A stretch of 60,300 nt of DNA from Haliotis cracherodii (GCF_022045235.1 NW_027266273.1:9489701-9550000), one strand, 5' to 3'. Positions 37,758 to 50,300 are shown, numbered from the stretch's first letter. Notes: a model not told the origin generated them from the letters alone. Program-made: numbers and translations.

Positions 37758-39238
37758 TACTGAGTCAAATTTAAAACTTCACAATTTTAATAGTAATTAC
37801 ATAAATGATATACAACGGACAAATGTATCAAAGAAGGTCATTTTTAATCATTAATGTCCAAAGAAGGATTTTAATTAACGGTGGTAACCATAGTTTGTTC
37901 CAAGCACCTACGGTATAACATCAACAGTTTAAATCCCAGTCCCAAGCACGAGAATCTGCTAGCACACAAGTTCAGTAGCGTGTATGGCCACCATGTGCGT
38001 TGACAACTGCCGCACAACGCCTCCGCATGGACCTTGTGATGCGTGTGAACACATGATTGGGAAGAAGACGCCATTGTTGCTGCAAAATGGCGCCAAGTTC
38101 TTGCAAATTCTGTGGTTGGTTCTGGAGAGTGCGCAGACTTCTGCCAAGAGCATCCCAGACGTGTTCGATGGGATTGTGGTCGGGAGACCTTGATGGCCAG
38201 TCCATGACGTTGACTCCTGCATTCTGAAGGAATTTCCTTGTCAAAATTGCTGTGTGGGGTCTGGCATTGTCGTGTTGGAAGATCAAACCGGGTCCATGTG
38301 CTGCCATAAAAGGCAGAAGTTCTGGTGCCAGTACCTGGTCGCGGTAAGCAGCAGCGTTGAGGTTGCCACGGATGACAAGAAGCCTGGAACGTGCATTGCC
38401 ACAGAAAGCAACCCATACCATGACACTTCCGCCTCGAAATCTGTCAACTTCCTGTGCACAACACTGGGTGTAACGTTCATGACGGCGCCTCCACGCCCTC
38501 GCCCTACCGTCAGCAAATCGAAGATTAAATCGGGATTCATCACTGGAGACGACTTGATTCCAATTCCTCTCAGTCCATCGTAAGTGTCGCTGTGCCCACA
38601 ATTGACGTTGACGTCTGTGTAATTGTGTAAGAATCGGCCTGCGGTATGGCCGTCGTGCTTGAAGGTGTGCAGTTCTCAGACCTTTTCGAACAGTTTGCGC
38701 ACTCAGTCTACCCCTAAACAGTTCATTTCTGGTTGATGTAGCCGTCAAAAATCGGTTACGGAGGTGACGTAAGACAATCTGACGATCTCTGCATGTGACG
38801 TCACACGTGGTCGACCTGGCCGAGGGCGATTAGCGGTGGTACCCGTTTGCTGTAGACGCGTCTGTAAATCATAAACAGTCCGTCGACTACAACCCATCGT
38901 CCTTGCGACTTCAGCTACGGACGTTCCCGTTTGCAACATGCCGATGGCACGTTCACGTTGTACATTTGAAAGGCGTGGCATGACAAATGGCCGTAAAGAC
39001 TTTTGTTTTCTTGTGTTTTTCTGACTGAAAACACATGATATATTATGGCCACGTGACCAGTTGCACGTGAAAAAACACTTTTGCCACTATAGTGCTGTGA
39101 ACATGATTTTGATCGATGTGGGTGTTATCTGAAGACAATACGTGGCCATTACTGTTTAAATACACAAAAAGGACCCACAATGATAACTGGTCAAAATGTT
39201 AAATTTTAGGATTGTGAAGTTTTTAATTTGGTTCAGTA
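37758..39238 (-). mobile_element. full-length Tc1/mariner DD34E transposon
   Basis: TIRs TACTGAGTCAAATTTAAAACTTCACAAT / ATTGTGAAGTTTTTAATTTGGTTCAGTA with TA flanks; about 1.48 kb; encloses the transposase. Confidence 0.93.
37972..38981 (-). pseudogene. Tc1-family transposase with one frameshift
   Basis: MPRLSNVQRERAIGML HTH, GRPRVT, SDESRF, QHDNARPH and SPDHNPIEHVW with D-34-E spacing. A single-base loss near 38788 splits the ORFs 38745-38981 and 37972-38748. Confidence 0.92.
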
Positions 39239-40786
39239 TATATTTAGGAAGAATCCTGATTTCGAACGCACGGTAATAGGTTCCTATCACTCCTAAGGGA
39301 CGCAACTCTGAACAACGAATTGCCCGGGCGTCGTAAAAACACTGCCTCAGTCATTACGTGGTAATACTTGATAATCCAATATTTTATGTCGTCGTTCTTT
39401 TTAAGCCTGTTTGACGCTAAAACGGTTGTCCAATCATTTAAAACTCATATGCGTGATACATTCTGTCGAAAGTTAGAGAGGTGACGTCACTTCCAAACGA
39501 AACTATGGTAACGGTGACATGGGTGCAGGTTATTTATCAGGATATATTTGAGGTGAGGTGAGGTGAGGTGAAATGGGGTTTTAACGTTGCCTTCAAGATT
39601 ATTGCACACTTATATAGCAACGTGCATGCACTCGTATTTGTGTGTGTGGCTTGGTCTACTGGTCCGGACTAATTCTGTTTTAATAGTGCTATCCCAGAGA
39701 GATAAAACTCCGCAGATTAACATGGAATCCCCACTGAGACACATTATACCGACTCCTAACCGACCAGTCCTTTAACATATTTTGGTATGTAGCGACCAGG
39801 CATCGAACCACCGACCTTCCACTCTCCTGACAGACGCTCAATCCACTAGACCAAGGAAGACGTATAATACCCTGGACAATCGAGGATGTAATGCGTGCAC
39901 CTACCCCGATCCTCTGCCCTGCTTGGCCTTGAACGTCCCGTCAGTCTCACACAGTGGTTCAGAGGACCCCAGGAGGTGCTGCTCCTTATCCAGATACTCC
40001 TGGTGACGCAGAGCGCAGGGTCCCGGCGGGTTCAACAAATTCATTCGTGAAACGTCTTTGTAAAGACAAAATGGGCCAAAGTTTAAATTGTTTGTTCGTC
40101 AGTCTTGATACATCTACATTCACCTCATCAGCTGAATCTCCATTGAGTGAGAGAGAGACGCCCAGCCTCACAAGGACCTCTTGAACTTCAGGTAATTTGG
40201 TATAGTCTCCTTGCTTCTCTTGCAGATTTTTTTTGTATAACCTGACGTATAAGTATGTACCAAATACATATTTAAGCATCACTATGGAAATTAAATAACT
40301 TATTGTAGTTTTGGTTCACAATTAAATATAAGACGTTGAAAATATTGAACAGGCTTTCAAAGTCACATGCTACGGTAGATTTTTATAATACATGTACTGT
40401 ATTAAGATGAAATTATATCTGAAATCGTTTTTAGTTTTATACAACACAAATATTGAATGACGTATCTATATTTACGTTCGATCAAAGTTTACAAGCGAAT
40501 AGTAAGGGGAAATAAATATTGAAATAAGACACCGATTATGCTTGATTTCCCAGTGGCCAACACGAGTAAATATACGTCATTGCGCCATTAAATATGGAGG
40601 ACTTTCTAGGTCTGAGAGAATGTCGTGTTTTGGGACTAACAAAGGTTGCAGCCATCTGGTCCTAGTTAGGAACAGATCCTTTATTATAGGGTGGAGAGTG
40701 AGGTATATTTGTGGGGAAGGAGGAATATGATTACAAAATGACAGCGAAAGGAAGAGGGTCGGGTGGGCATACTTTATTCCGAGATT

Positions 40787-40826
40787 TGGGGTAGGGGTAG
40801 GGGTAGGGGTAGGGGTAGGGGTGGGT
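40787..40826 (+). repeat. (GGGGTA)n G-rich tandem
   Basis: Five to six consecutive G4 runs; fits the G-quadruplex consensus. Confidence 0.8.
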
Positions 40827-41908
40827 TTGGGTCAAGTACAAATGACACGGATCCGATTTTCAAAATAAAAAACATTATGAATTTGATCATCATTTGGGGA
40901 GTGGTCATGATTGCCGTAAAAGGCGACTGTGCTTGTCGTAAGAGGCGACTAATGGGATCGGGTCGTCTGGCTCGCTGACTTGGTTGATGCATGTAATCGA
41001 TCCCAATTGCGTGGATCGAAGCCCATGATATTAATCACTGGATTGTCTGGTCCAGACTCGATTTTTTTACAGACCGCCGTCATAAAGCTGGAATATTGCT
41101 GTGTCTTGTCTCTATTCTGTATCAATAGAGATAAAATTCATCTTTCTGTGATTATACAGGGTGATTAAATTGAGGAGGCGGTTACATTTTCGTACCGTTA
41201 TCGGACTGACCGACAGACAAACAAAATTGCTAAATGAGAATAAATGAATGTATATTTTACGACCGACGCATACATTTGACACTGACAGATGTGTTTTATG
41301 AAAGACTAAGAACACGCATCCAATCCCCAATCCCTAGCGCCAACCCCCGTCTCCAAGTACCGAACTGAAGCCCCAGCCAAAAACCTAGCGCCATCCGAGT
41401 CCCTGAGCCTCGCAGCCAGAACACGCTCCCCCCCCCCCCCCCCCCCCCCCCCCAAAGCTCCACTCCTGCCCCCAGCTCTAATCCCCACCCTAAGCCCCGC
41501 TGCCTAGCCCCAATCGCAAATCCCAGCTCCAGTCCTCAATCCCCAGGGGCGGTGGGGTATCCTAGTGGTTAAATCCTTCGCTTGTCACGCCAAAGCCCCA
41601 GGTTCGATTTCCCTAATGGGTACAATGTGGGAAGCCCATATTGCTAAAAGCGGCGTAAAACAATACTCAGTCACTCACTCCCCAGCCACTCAGCCCACAC
41701 CCGACCTCAAATAATACTCATATACATCAATTATATTTTCTAATTTTCACAAATTATAAAAAAAACACGGTGTTTATTCAGCACAAAACCCATCCCTCGC
41801 TTAGCCTCTCAACTCCTTTGTGGATTTGAAGACAGAAACCAGTTCAGTCTTATAATGATCAAAAGATCAGGCCACAGAAATCAGTCTACATTACGTGCGC
41901 CAAACAAT

Positions 41909-42104
41909 ATGAGGTGTCTGCTAGTGCTGTGCCTAACCTTCGTCGGTGCTCAATGTCCGGACTTCAGCGGACTGCCGGTACATACGGGGTGTTCCCCTAC
42001 CACGTGCATGGCGGTGTCTTGCCTGTCTGCCCTGGGGTGTGATGGTCGTATTGACCCCCACGGGGGCTACTGTGGTTGCTGTCCTATCTGCGTGAAACAG
42101 CTGT
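41909..42104 (+). pseudogene. orphan first exon homologous to gene E exon 1 (signal peptide + first half of the IGFBP-like domain)
   Basis: MRCLLVLCLTFVGAQ...CSPTTCMAVSCLSALGCDGRIDPHGGYCGCCPICVKQL, followed by T|GTAAGT. No exon-2 homolog was found downstream, and splicing to 45685 would create T|GA. Confidence 0.7.
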
Positions 42105-43189
42105 GTAAGTATGAACCTTGGTGTAGATTGACCCCTGTCATTAGTATCGGACATTTATCAAATTTGAAGCCTATCAGTGCCCCGTGGCCTGACCATCATG
42201 TCGGGGTCGGCGGCGTCTGTAATTATCCTTAAACGTCACTGGACCAAAGAAGCTGAATCTTTTCATTTGTTCAGGAGGTTCGAATCTTATTTTCAATATG
42301 GTGAGGTTAAATGGGTTTTAACATAGCGTCCAAGATTATTACACTTGTAAAGCGATGTACGTGCGTGTGTTGCTGCTTGTACTTGTCCGGACTGATGCCG
42401 ATTTTAAGTGCCAGTCCACCGTGATACCATGCCGCAGTTTAACATGCCCAGCCAAACACAATATACTCCGAGCCGACCAGTCCTTGTTTTAGCCCCTTTA
42501 CGCCGAGCGTCAGGCAGGGTAACAAGAGTACAATCTTTTAACTTTTTGGGGGGTATGACGCGGCCGGGGATCGAACCCCGGGTCTTCCGCTCTCCAGGCG
42601 GACGCTCTGCCACTAGACCACGGAGGCGGTCCTCCAATATGGCCCACATGGCAGCCATATCACATTTTAAAAGGAACTAAACACATATCCTTTGAATGCT
42701 AATGTATACAAGTAGATTTAGTTTTCTTCACGGCTTTGGAGCGGTCGGGTAGCCTTGTGGTTAAAGCGTTCGCTCGTCACGCCGAAGACCCGGGTTCGAT
42801 TCCCGACATGGGTACAATGTATGAAGCCCATTTCTGGTGTCCGCCGACGTGATATTGCTGGAATATTGCTAAAAGCGGCGTAAAGCCATACTCTCCCACT
42901 TTCTCTTCACGGCTTTATGGTCGACAGTTCAACATTAAATTTTACTGCAGTAGATGATGTTTTCTCGAGGGGTACAGTATAACACCCGTGCTCGTTGGTG
43001 CCACCAAGATGATAAACGTCCCAGGCCTACGTCACATCGGGCTTTACTCGCACATCAGGCTGACAAAACCGTTCAAAGTGGCCTCAAGCCAAGCTCACTT
43101 GTTTTATAAGAAAGAAAGAGTTCAGTATTGGACATGCCACATTATCATTTTCGTCAGTATTTCATCTCATGCTTAATCTTGTGATAAAG

Positions 43190-43727
43190 GAGGCATGGGT
43201 GGCCCAGTCGTCCAAGGCGCCGCGAATTGTTGTGCAGAGTTGCGCGACCTTTGGAACACCAAAACCCTATGATCGTGGGTTCGAATCCCTCTTCTCCCCG
43301 ATTATGTTTCAAGGTTTGTCAGCACCATACCTGTGCTCGTGGGTTTCACCAACGTGTTAAACGTCTAAGACCTGCATCACTTAAGTTTCCTCCTACATCA
43401 AGCGGACAAGCCGTGAAATGACGGGTGGCCCAGCGCACGGGTGGCCCAGTAGTGTAAGACGCCGCGATTCGGTGTTTGTTTGTTGTGCAGGGTTGCGTCC
43501 CTTGGGCACGCCACATACCTATGATTGTGGGTTCAAATCCCGGTTCGCCCCGATTATGTTTCTAGGTTTGTCAGCACCATACCCGTGCTCGTGGGTTTCA
43601 CCGAAGTGGTAAACGTCTGAGACCTGCATCACTTCGGGCTTTCCTCCAACATTAAGCTGACCCGCCGTGATATAACTGGAATAATGTTAAAAGCGGCGTT
43701 AAACCCAACTCACTCACCCACTCACTT
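43190..43727 (+). mobile_element. two tandem family 4 SINEs
   Basis: Two successive heads, each with A and B boxes and shared body; the second ends in (ACTC)n. Confidence 0.85.
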
Positions 43728-44075
43728 AACCCAACTCATTCACTCACTTGTGATTCGGCCACTTCGCTCGCCCCTGCACAGGAAATAATGGACACTTTTG
43801 TTGTTCAGGGAATATGCCAGGGTAACTCAATAATAGATAACACACCGATTGAAAGTGCGATGACCACGCCCACACTTACACTTAGATACGTGATAACAGG
43901 AAGGGCTGTTCTCTTATCTACGGCAACAGCTGGAGTTGACATTATCATACTTTATGTCCGTGTAGTTGTAGAAGATGTCAGGGACATTTCATTATTATGT
44001 CATTTCGTTTACCTTTCACCTCGTGTCACGTGCAATAGTTCATTTAATCATAATTGTATTTGACGACACGACCAC

Positions 44076-44082
44076 TATAAAA
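44076..44082 (+). promoter_or_regulatory. TATA box of gene G
   Basis: TATAAAA about 30 bp before an initiator-like CACATTC and 56 bp before the ATG at 44132. Confidence 0.6.
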
Positions 44083-44131
44083 AGGGTTGTGATGGTACTC
44101 AATCCACATTCGAGCTCACTGAAACTACAAG

Positions 44132-45543
44132 ATGGCCATCACGCAGATCTGTGTCCTCGTCCTGGTCTTGTCAACAGCGATGGCGGCTTCAGGTAGACCA
44201 TATCATTATGTAGTAGTTTATAGGTCTGTTTATACTACTCTACAATAGGCCCGTGATGAATAGGTGTAAAGTGAGTGAGTGAGTATGGATTTACGCCGCT
44301 TTTAGCAATTTTCCAGCAATATGACGGCGGGGGACACCAGAAATTGGCTTCACACATTGTACCCATGTCGGGATTCGAACCCGGGTCTTCGGCGTGACAA
44401 GCGAACGCTTTTACCACTAGGCTAGCCGACTGCCCCGAATAGGTGTAGAAAAGGACGAGCAGAAACGTGCTTCACATCGATTTGTTTGTTTGTTTGTTGT
44501 TTAACGCCGCAATCAGCAATATTTCAGCTTTATGACGGCGGTATGTAAATAATCGAGTCTGGACCAGACAATCCACTGATTGAAATCATGAGCTTCGATC
44601 CATGCAATTTGGATCGAAGACATGCATCAACTTAGTTAGTGAGCCTCACCACCCGATCCCGTTACTCGGCATTACAAGCATAGTCGCCTTTTACGGCAAG
44701 CATAGTCGCCGTTTACGGCAAGCATAGACGCCTTTACGACAGGCACGGGTTGCTGAAGACGGCACCTGAGTTGATTTCGTTAAGCACATGGTACTGTGCG
44801 ACAATGGCGTAACAGTCTAAAGGCTGAGGACTAGAATAGCATGCACAGATGAGAAAACGTCTGCTCTTTTTACGAAATGTGTCAACAACAGCCTTCCATC
44901 TTAAGTCAGTGAGTGACTTGGGTTTAAAGCCGCTTTGAAAAGTATTCCCGTTATATCACGATGTGTAAGCTTGCTGTTGGAGGAAAGCCCATAGTGATAC
45001 AGGTCTTAGACGTTTACTACTTTTGTAATACACACGACCAAGGGTATGGTGCTGACAAACCCAGAAACATAATCTGAGTGTACCGGGATTCAAACCCGCA
45101 ATCATCAGATTCTGGCGTGCCCAAGGGACGCAACTCTGCACAGCGAATTGTTGCGCCTCAGACGACTGGATCTTCCGCGCCACCTTTCCATCTTGAGCAA
45201 GTGAGTGAGTAGGGTTTTACGCCGCTTTTAGCAATATTCCAGCAATATCACGGCCGGGGACACCAGAAATGGGTTTCACACATTGTACACATGTTGGTAA
45301 TCGAACCCTGGCCTTCGGCGTGACAAGCGAACGCTCTATCCACCAGGCTACCCTGCCGCCCCTTTTCCATCTTGAGATCTAGTTTAAAAGTAAAGGTTGT
45401 CAAACGTCATTGCCTGCTTATGTCATACGAATATTCTCAGCTTGTACAATCATGATAACGCATGACAATTATACCCCTACTTAAATGAGTATATTTCCTC
45501 ATAGAACTGAAATTAATGTATGCTTTCGGGGTACTCATATAGC

Positions 45544-45612
<69 letters not shown>

Positions 45613-48428
45613 ATATACGTTTTTCCCATTAACGACATATATATAACACTTTTATCATATTTTGTAATTGTTTGTACCCGCCAGGACCCTGCGCTCTGCG
45701 TCACCAGGAGTATCTGGATAAGGAGCAGCACCTCCCGGGGTCCTCTGAACCCCTGTGTGAGACTGACGGGACATTCAAGGCCAAGCAGTGCAGAGGATCA
45801 GGGTAGGTGCACATCTCCGTTTGTCCAGGGTATTATATCTCCGTTTGTCCAGGGTATCACATCTCCGTTTGTCCAGGGTATTATATCTCCGTTTGTCCAG
45901 GGTATCACATCTCCGTTTGTCCAGGGTATTTTATCTCCGTTTGTCCAGGGTATCACATCTCCGTTTGTCCAGGGTATCACATCTCCGTTTGTCCAGGGTA
46001 TTATGTCTCCGTTTGCTTAGCGTATCACATCTCAGTTTGTCCAGGGTTTTATATCTCCGTTTGTCCAGGGTATTATATCTCCGTTTGTCCAGGGTATCAC
46101 ATCTCCGTTTGTCCAGGGTATCACATCTCCGTTTGTCCAGGGTATCACATCTCCGTTTGTCCAGGGAATCACATCTCCGTTTGTCCATGGTATGATATCT
46201 GCGTTTGTCCAGGGTTTTATATCTCCGTTTGTCCATGGTATGATATCTGCGTTTGTCCAGGGTATCACATCTCCGTTTGTCCAGGGTATTATGTCTCCGT
46301 TTGTCCATGGTATTATATCTCCGTTTGTCCAGGGTATCACATCTCCGTTTGTCCAGGGAATCACATCTCAGTTTGTCCAGGGTATCACATCTCCGTTTGT
46401 CCAGGGTATTATGTCTCCGTTTGTTCAGGGTATTATATCTCCGTTTGTCCAACGTATTATATCTCCGTTTGTCCAGGGTATTTTATCTCCGTTTGTCCAG
46501 GGTATCACATCTCCGTTTGTCCAGGGTATCACATCTCCGTTTGTCCAGGGTATTTTATCTCCGTTTGTCCCGGGTATTATATCTCCATTTGTCCAGGGTA
46601 TTATATCTCCGTTTTTGTTAGGGCGATGGGGTAGCTTAGTGGTTGAAGCCTTCGCTCGTCATGCCGAACAGCAGGACCTGATTCCCCACATGGGTACAAT
46701 GTGTGAAGCCCATTTCTGGTGTCCCCCGCCAAGAGAATGCTGGAATATTGCTAAAAGCGGTGTAAAACTATACTCACTCACTCACTAAGTTTTTTTATGT
46801 TAAAAACCCAACACCTGTGCCCAAGGCGCCGCAATTTCGTTGTGCAGAGTTGCGACCCTTAGGCGTGCCAGAAACCTTTGATCGGAGGATCGAATCCCAG
46901 ATTCAACCATTATGCCTATAGGTGTGTCAGCACCATACCCGTGTTCATAGGTTCCACCTTAGTGGTATGTATGAAAGACCTGCATCAATTCGGGTTTTCT
47001 TTTCACGCTTAAAGATACGCAATATTCCAGCTAAATGACTTGAGCCGTCTGTAAAAAAGATCGTGTCTGGACCAGACAACCAGTGATTGATATCGTGATC
47101 ATCGATCTACGCAAATGGGATACGATGACATGTCCCCATGACTTGGGACGTTGTAGATATCAATCACTGGTATGTCTCATCCAGCCTCGACTATTAAAGG
47201 CCGCCGTGATATATTTTGACTGACAGCGGCGTAAAACAACACTCACTATTTTGCATACCTGGTTTCTGCAGATGCTACTGTGTTGACACAGACGGTAACG
47301 ACCTCGGCTACTTCACCAACTACGCCGCTGGAACAGACAACATGGACTGCAGTAAGTAAACAGATATATTTCTATTATTAGCAACGTTGTTTAGTTGTTT
47401 TATATTCAAGGAGTTTATAATTAGCATCTCGCAGCAGGTCAACGTATCATAGCTGTAATATTGCTGACTGCCGTTTATGGCGATTATGCTTGTCGCAAAA
47501 GGCGACTAACGGGGTCGGATTGATGCATGTCATCTTATCCCAATTGCGTGGATCGATGCTCATAATGTCAAATACTGGATTGTCCAGACTCGATTACTTA
47601 CACACCGCCGTCAAATAGCTGGAGTTTTGCTGAGTGCGGCGGCAAACAACAAACTAAACCAAAACTAATCGAATGTATGTACTGAGGTCGTGACAATGTG
47701 AATTTATTCGGAAGCAAGATTCAGGTAATGGGTCTAAATCCTAAGTCAGTGAGTGAGTTGGCTTTCACTGAAACTGATATTCTGTGGTGGCCCGTCCTTG
47801 TTCGCAGCGTCTGGAAATATCTTCAGACCGCCGTGGGGGCGGTCGGCTAGCCGAGTGGTTAAAGCGTTCGCTCGTCACGCCGAGGACCCAGGTTCGATTC
47901 CTGACATGGGTACAATGTGTTAAAAGCCCATTTCTGGTGATATTGCTGGAATATTGCTTAAAGTGCGGCTAAGATAGTTTCTTGTCACAAACATGGATTA
48001 ATAAGTGAAAACCCGTTAATCCGTTCTCGTATCGTGTCGACTGAGTTAACAAATATCCAGATTAACGAGTCATGGGTAACGAGAAATGTTCCCATGTGAG
48101 CGTTGCCTTCATTTCTCGTCCGGAATATAGGGTTTCATGGTTAACGGGACCACAAGGTGTCACTGTATCATATGAAATACAAATAGACATATTCAGAATT
48201 GATGCTGACCGTTGTTTTTGTTGACTACTTTGTTAAGCGTGTGCTCGGGATAAAGCCGCCTACCTGAAGACTGGCCTCATCGGCAAACTCTTCTTCTGCG
48301 ACAACAACGGTAGCTACAACAAGAAACAGTGCACGGGCTCTGTCTGCTTCTGCGCCGACATCAACGGCAAGATGCTGACCAACGGCCAAACTGTCAACAT
48401 CGGTGAAATGGACAAGCTCCAGTGTTAG
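44132..48428 (+). CDS. secreted two-domain thyroglobulin type-1 protein G (thyropin-like, 149 aa, 4 exons)
   Basis: Exons 44132-44192 (MAITQICVLVLVLSTAMAAS signal, G|GTAGAC), 45685-45802, 47272-47351 and 48238-48428 total 450 nt in frame. QC/CYCVD and QC/CFCAD thyroglobulin motifs are present, and the last exon is nearly identical to that of gene E. Confidence 0.85.
44270..44437 (-). mobile_element. tRNA-derived SINE, family 1
   Basis: Full copy with flanking duplication gaataggtgta. Confidence 0.9.
44482..44760 (-). mobile_element. SINE-like repeat, family 2, with triplicated internal unit
   Basis: Three tandem CAAGCATAG.CGCC.TTTACG.C units. Confidence 0.8.
44905..45362 (-). mobile_element. 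adjacent family 4 (44905-45182) and family 1 (45200-45362) SINEs
   Basis: Both match their families; the family 1 copy is flanked by tttccatcttgag. Confidence 0.8.
45811..46615. repeat. 24-bp minisatellite, about 33 units (ATCTCCGTTTGTCCAGGGTAT[TAT/CAC])
   Basis: Directly visible tandem array starting 8 nt inside intron 2 of gene G. Confidence 0.97.
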
Positions 48429-50126
48429 GTGTCGGATACTGCCACGTGCGGAGCATGTGATCCACGTTTCTTGTATACCCGGTGTGACATTGGTCTCATA
48501 TATACGAGGAATAAATCGCATGGAATTATTTAGTTATGTTCTGTCGTTGTGAGTTTCTGCATATAAAAATTTCCGATGTTGTCTGAACACCAGACCTTAC
48601 CCACTATTTAAAATGTTAACCCCGTGTGGATTCTGGGTCGATCTGGGATATTAACGTAAAAGGAAAAGGCACACGAAGAAGGTGTCACGCCACAGGATGA
48701 TGGGAAAGAAACATTCGATCAGTGTGTTCTTTCTGAAAATTTGATCGTCTCGTACCTAAAGCATTTCGAACCAATGAATTATCACATAACAGACGGGCTG
48801 GGGAAGGAAAATGAAACAAGAAAGTAGCAAAGATCATGTCCTGTTAGGAAGGGACAGTACCAGTGGGATTGAGGTGAGATTGTCAAACCGACAAGATCCG
48901 GAAATGAATAGGTCTTCAGCAACCCATGCTAGCCGTAAGAGGCGACTAACGGGATCGGGCGATCAGGCTCGCTGACTTGGTTGGTGCATGTCATCGTATC
49001 CTTATTGCTTGGATCGATGCTCATGATGTCAATAACTGGATTGTCTGGTCCAGACTCGATTATTTACAGATCGCCGTCATATAGCTGGAATATTGCTGAG
49101 TGCGGGGTTAAACGACAATCACTAGATTGCCTGGTTTCTGTACATGCCGCCGTCACAAGGCAAGAATACTGCTGTGAGACATCAGGCAACAACTCAATTT
49201 TTTAAAATTGTTTGAGTGGCGGGTGCTACAGGTAGAGCAGGTCATGCTCACCCATTTCGCGATCACCTGGTGTCATTTATTTTGAGTTATCATTTCATAA
49301 ACCTTTCCTGCTGTTTGCCTTTAAGGAACATTGTAATCTGTTTCGTCGGCCGAGACAGGCTGTTCTCTGGCGTTAACGTTATGTCAGTAATGCCCCATGC
49401 CGGCGGGAGAGATGCCAAACCTTCATCTTCAGAACCCCATTCCGCTCCATCCCCTCTATTTTCCGCCAGCGTTAAGCAACAAACAGGTATGTCTGCCCAA
49501 TACCCGTGATCGCAAGTTTCTCCAATTTGAAGCCTAAAACCAACAGTACGTAGCTCTTTCCTACAAACCTAAGCCTTTCCAGAATGGTCAGGTTGGATCC
49601 AGCGGAGATCCACTGGTACTTTGAGATTCTAATTCAGTGTATTGTGGTGGCGTTTATTTATGATTGTGGGTAAAAGGTGCAGTGTTGCAAAAACAAAACT
49701 GAGGATGGTGATATTGCTGATGGCACATCAGTTGCCGCAACATGGCATGAATAGTTCTACATGCACACGCATCCTCTCACTAAATACGCAGAGAGAATAC
49801 TGAAAGGCTTATGGCCAAACGTCTTGTCGACCCGAAACACTGGTTTGATTCCCCCGAACGAATAAGGCGGAATATGCGGCGCAAAACAATACTCACTCAC
49901 TCAGTGCAGAAAGACATCTTGGTTTTTAAGATAACATTTTGTCCTGATATCAACTCGGTCGAAAAGGATATGTTGTTGAAAAGTTAAAGTTTATAATTAT
50001 CGCATATCTTGGTGCCTTCAAGCTAACGGAGGTTGTAAGTCACCAACCCACGGAGCTGATCGTTGCCCGACAGACGGTTATCTTTTTCCATTTTCACGCG
50101 TCCTCTATTGAAGCGAGTAGTGTGGT

Positions 50127-50188
50127 ACCAGCGAATTTCCGAGATAATCCGGTTACGTAATATTACGTCACCTCGGAAATTCGCTGGT
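50127..50188. repeat. perfect 17-bp inverted repeat
   Basis: ACCAGCGAATTTCCGAG (50127-50143) / CTCGGAAATTCGCTGGT (50172-50188); the 28-nt loop contains TTACGTAA and TTACGTCA. Confidence 0.9.
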
Positions 50189-50253
50189 CTGGCCCTGGCC
50201 CCTACGAATGCCCTGGGGTGTTTACCTCATTCGTTAAGAGAAAAAATGGAGTC

Positions 50254-50300
50254 TTTTTTGTGCGTAGTTCGTCAACCATTCTGTTAATGCGTGTCCTGTC

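Larger units (their letters stand above)
36422..40022 (-). pseudogene. pseudogene F of the thyroglobulin-domain family (exons 3-5 only)
   Basis: Exon remnants at about 40022-39905, 37212-37133 and 36558-36422. The exon-3 acceptor is CCGG where gene G has CCAG. Cys codons are changed (QC to QG; VCFC to VYFC), the last exon is truncated, and a Tc1 sits in an intron. Confidence 0.85.

Noticed and set aside
41855-42232. 125-aa single-exon secreted protein
   Set aside because: Similarity to gene E stops exactly at the GTAAGT donor, and the remainder looks like intron read-through.
45788-46788. Long repetitive ORFs (SPFVQGIT, YHISVCPG and similar) or a CRISPR-like array
   Set aside because: These are by-products of a stop-poor 24-bp intronic minisatellite. 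Units are contiguous with no unique spacers, and there are no cas genes.
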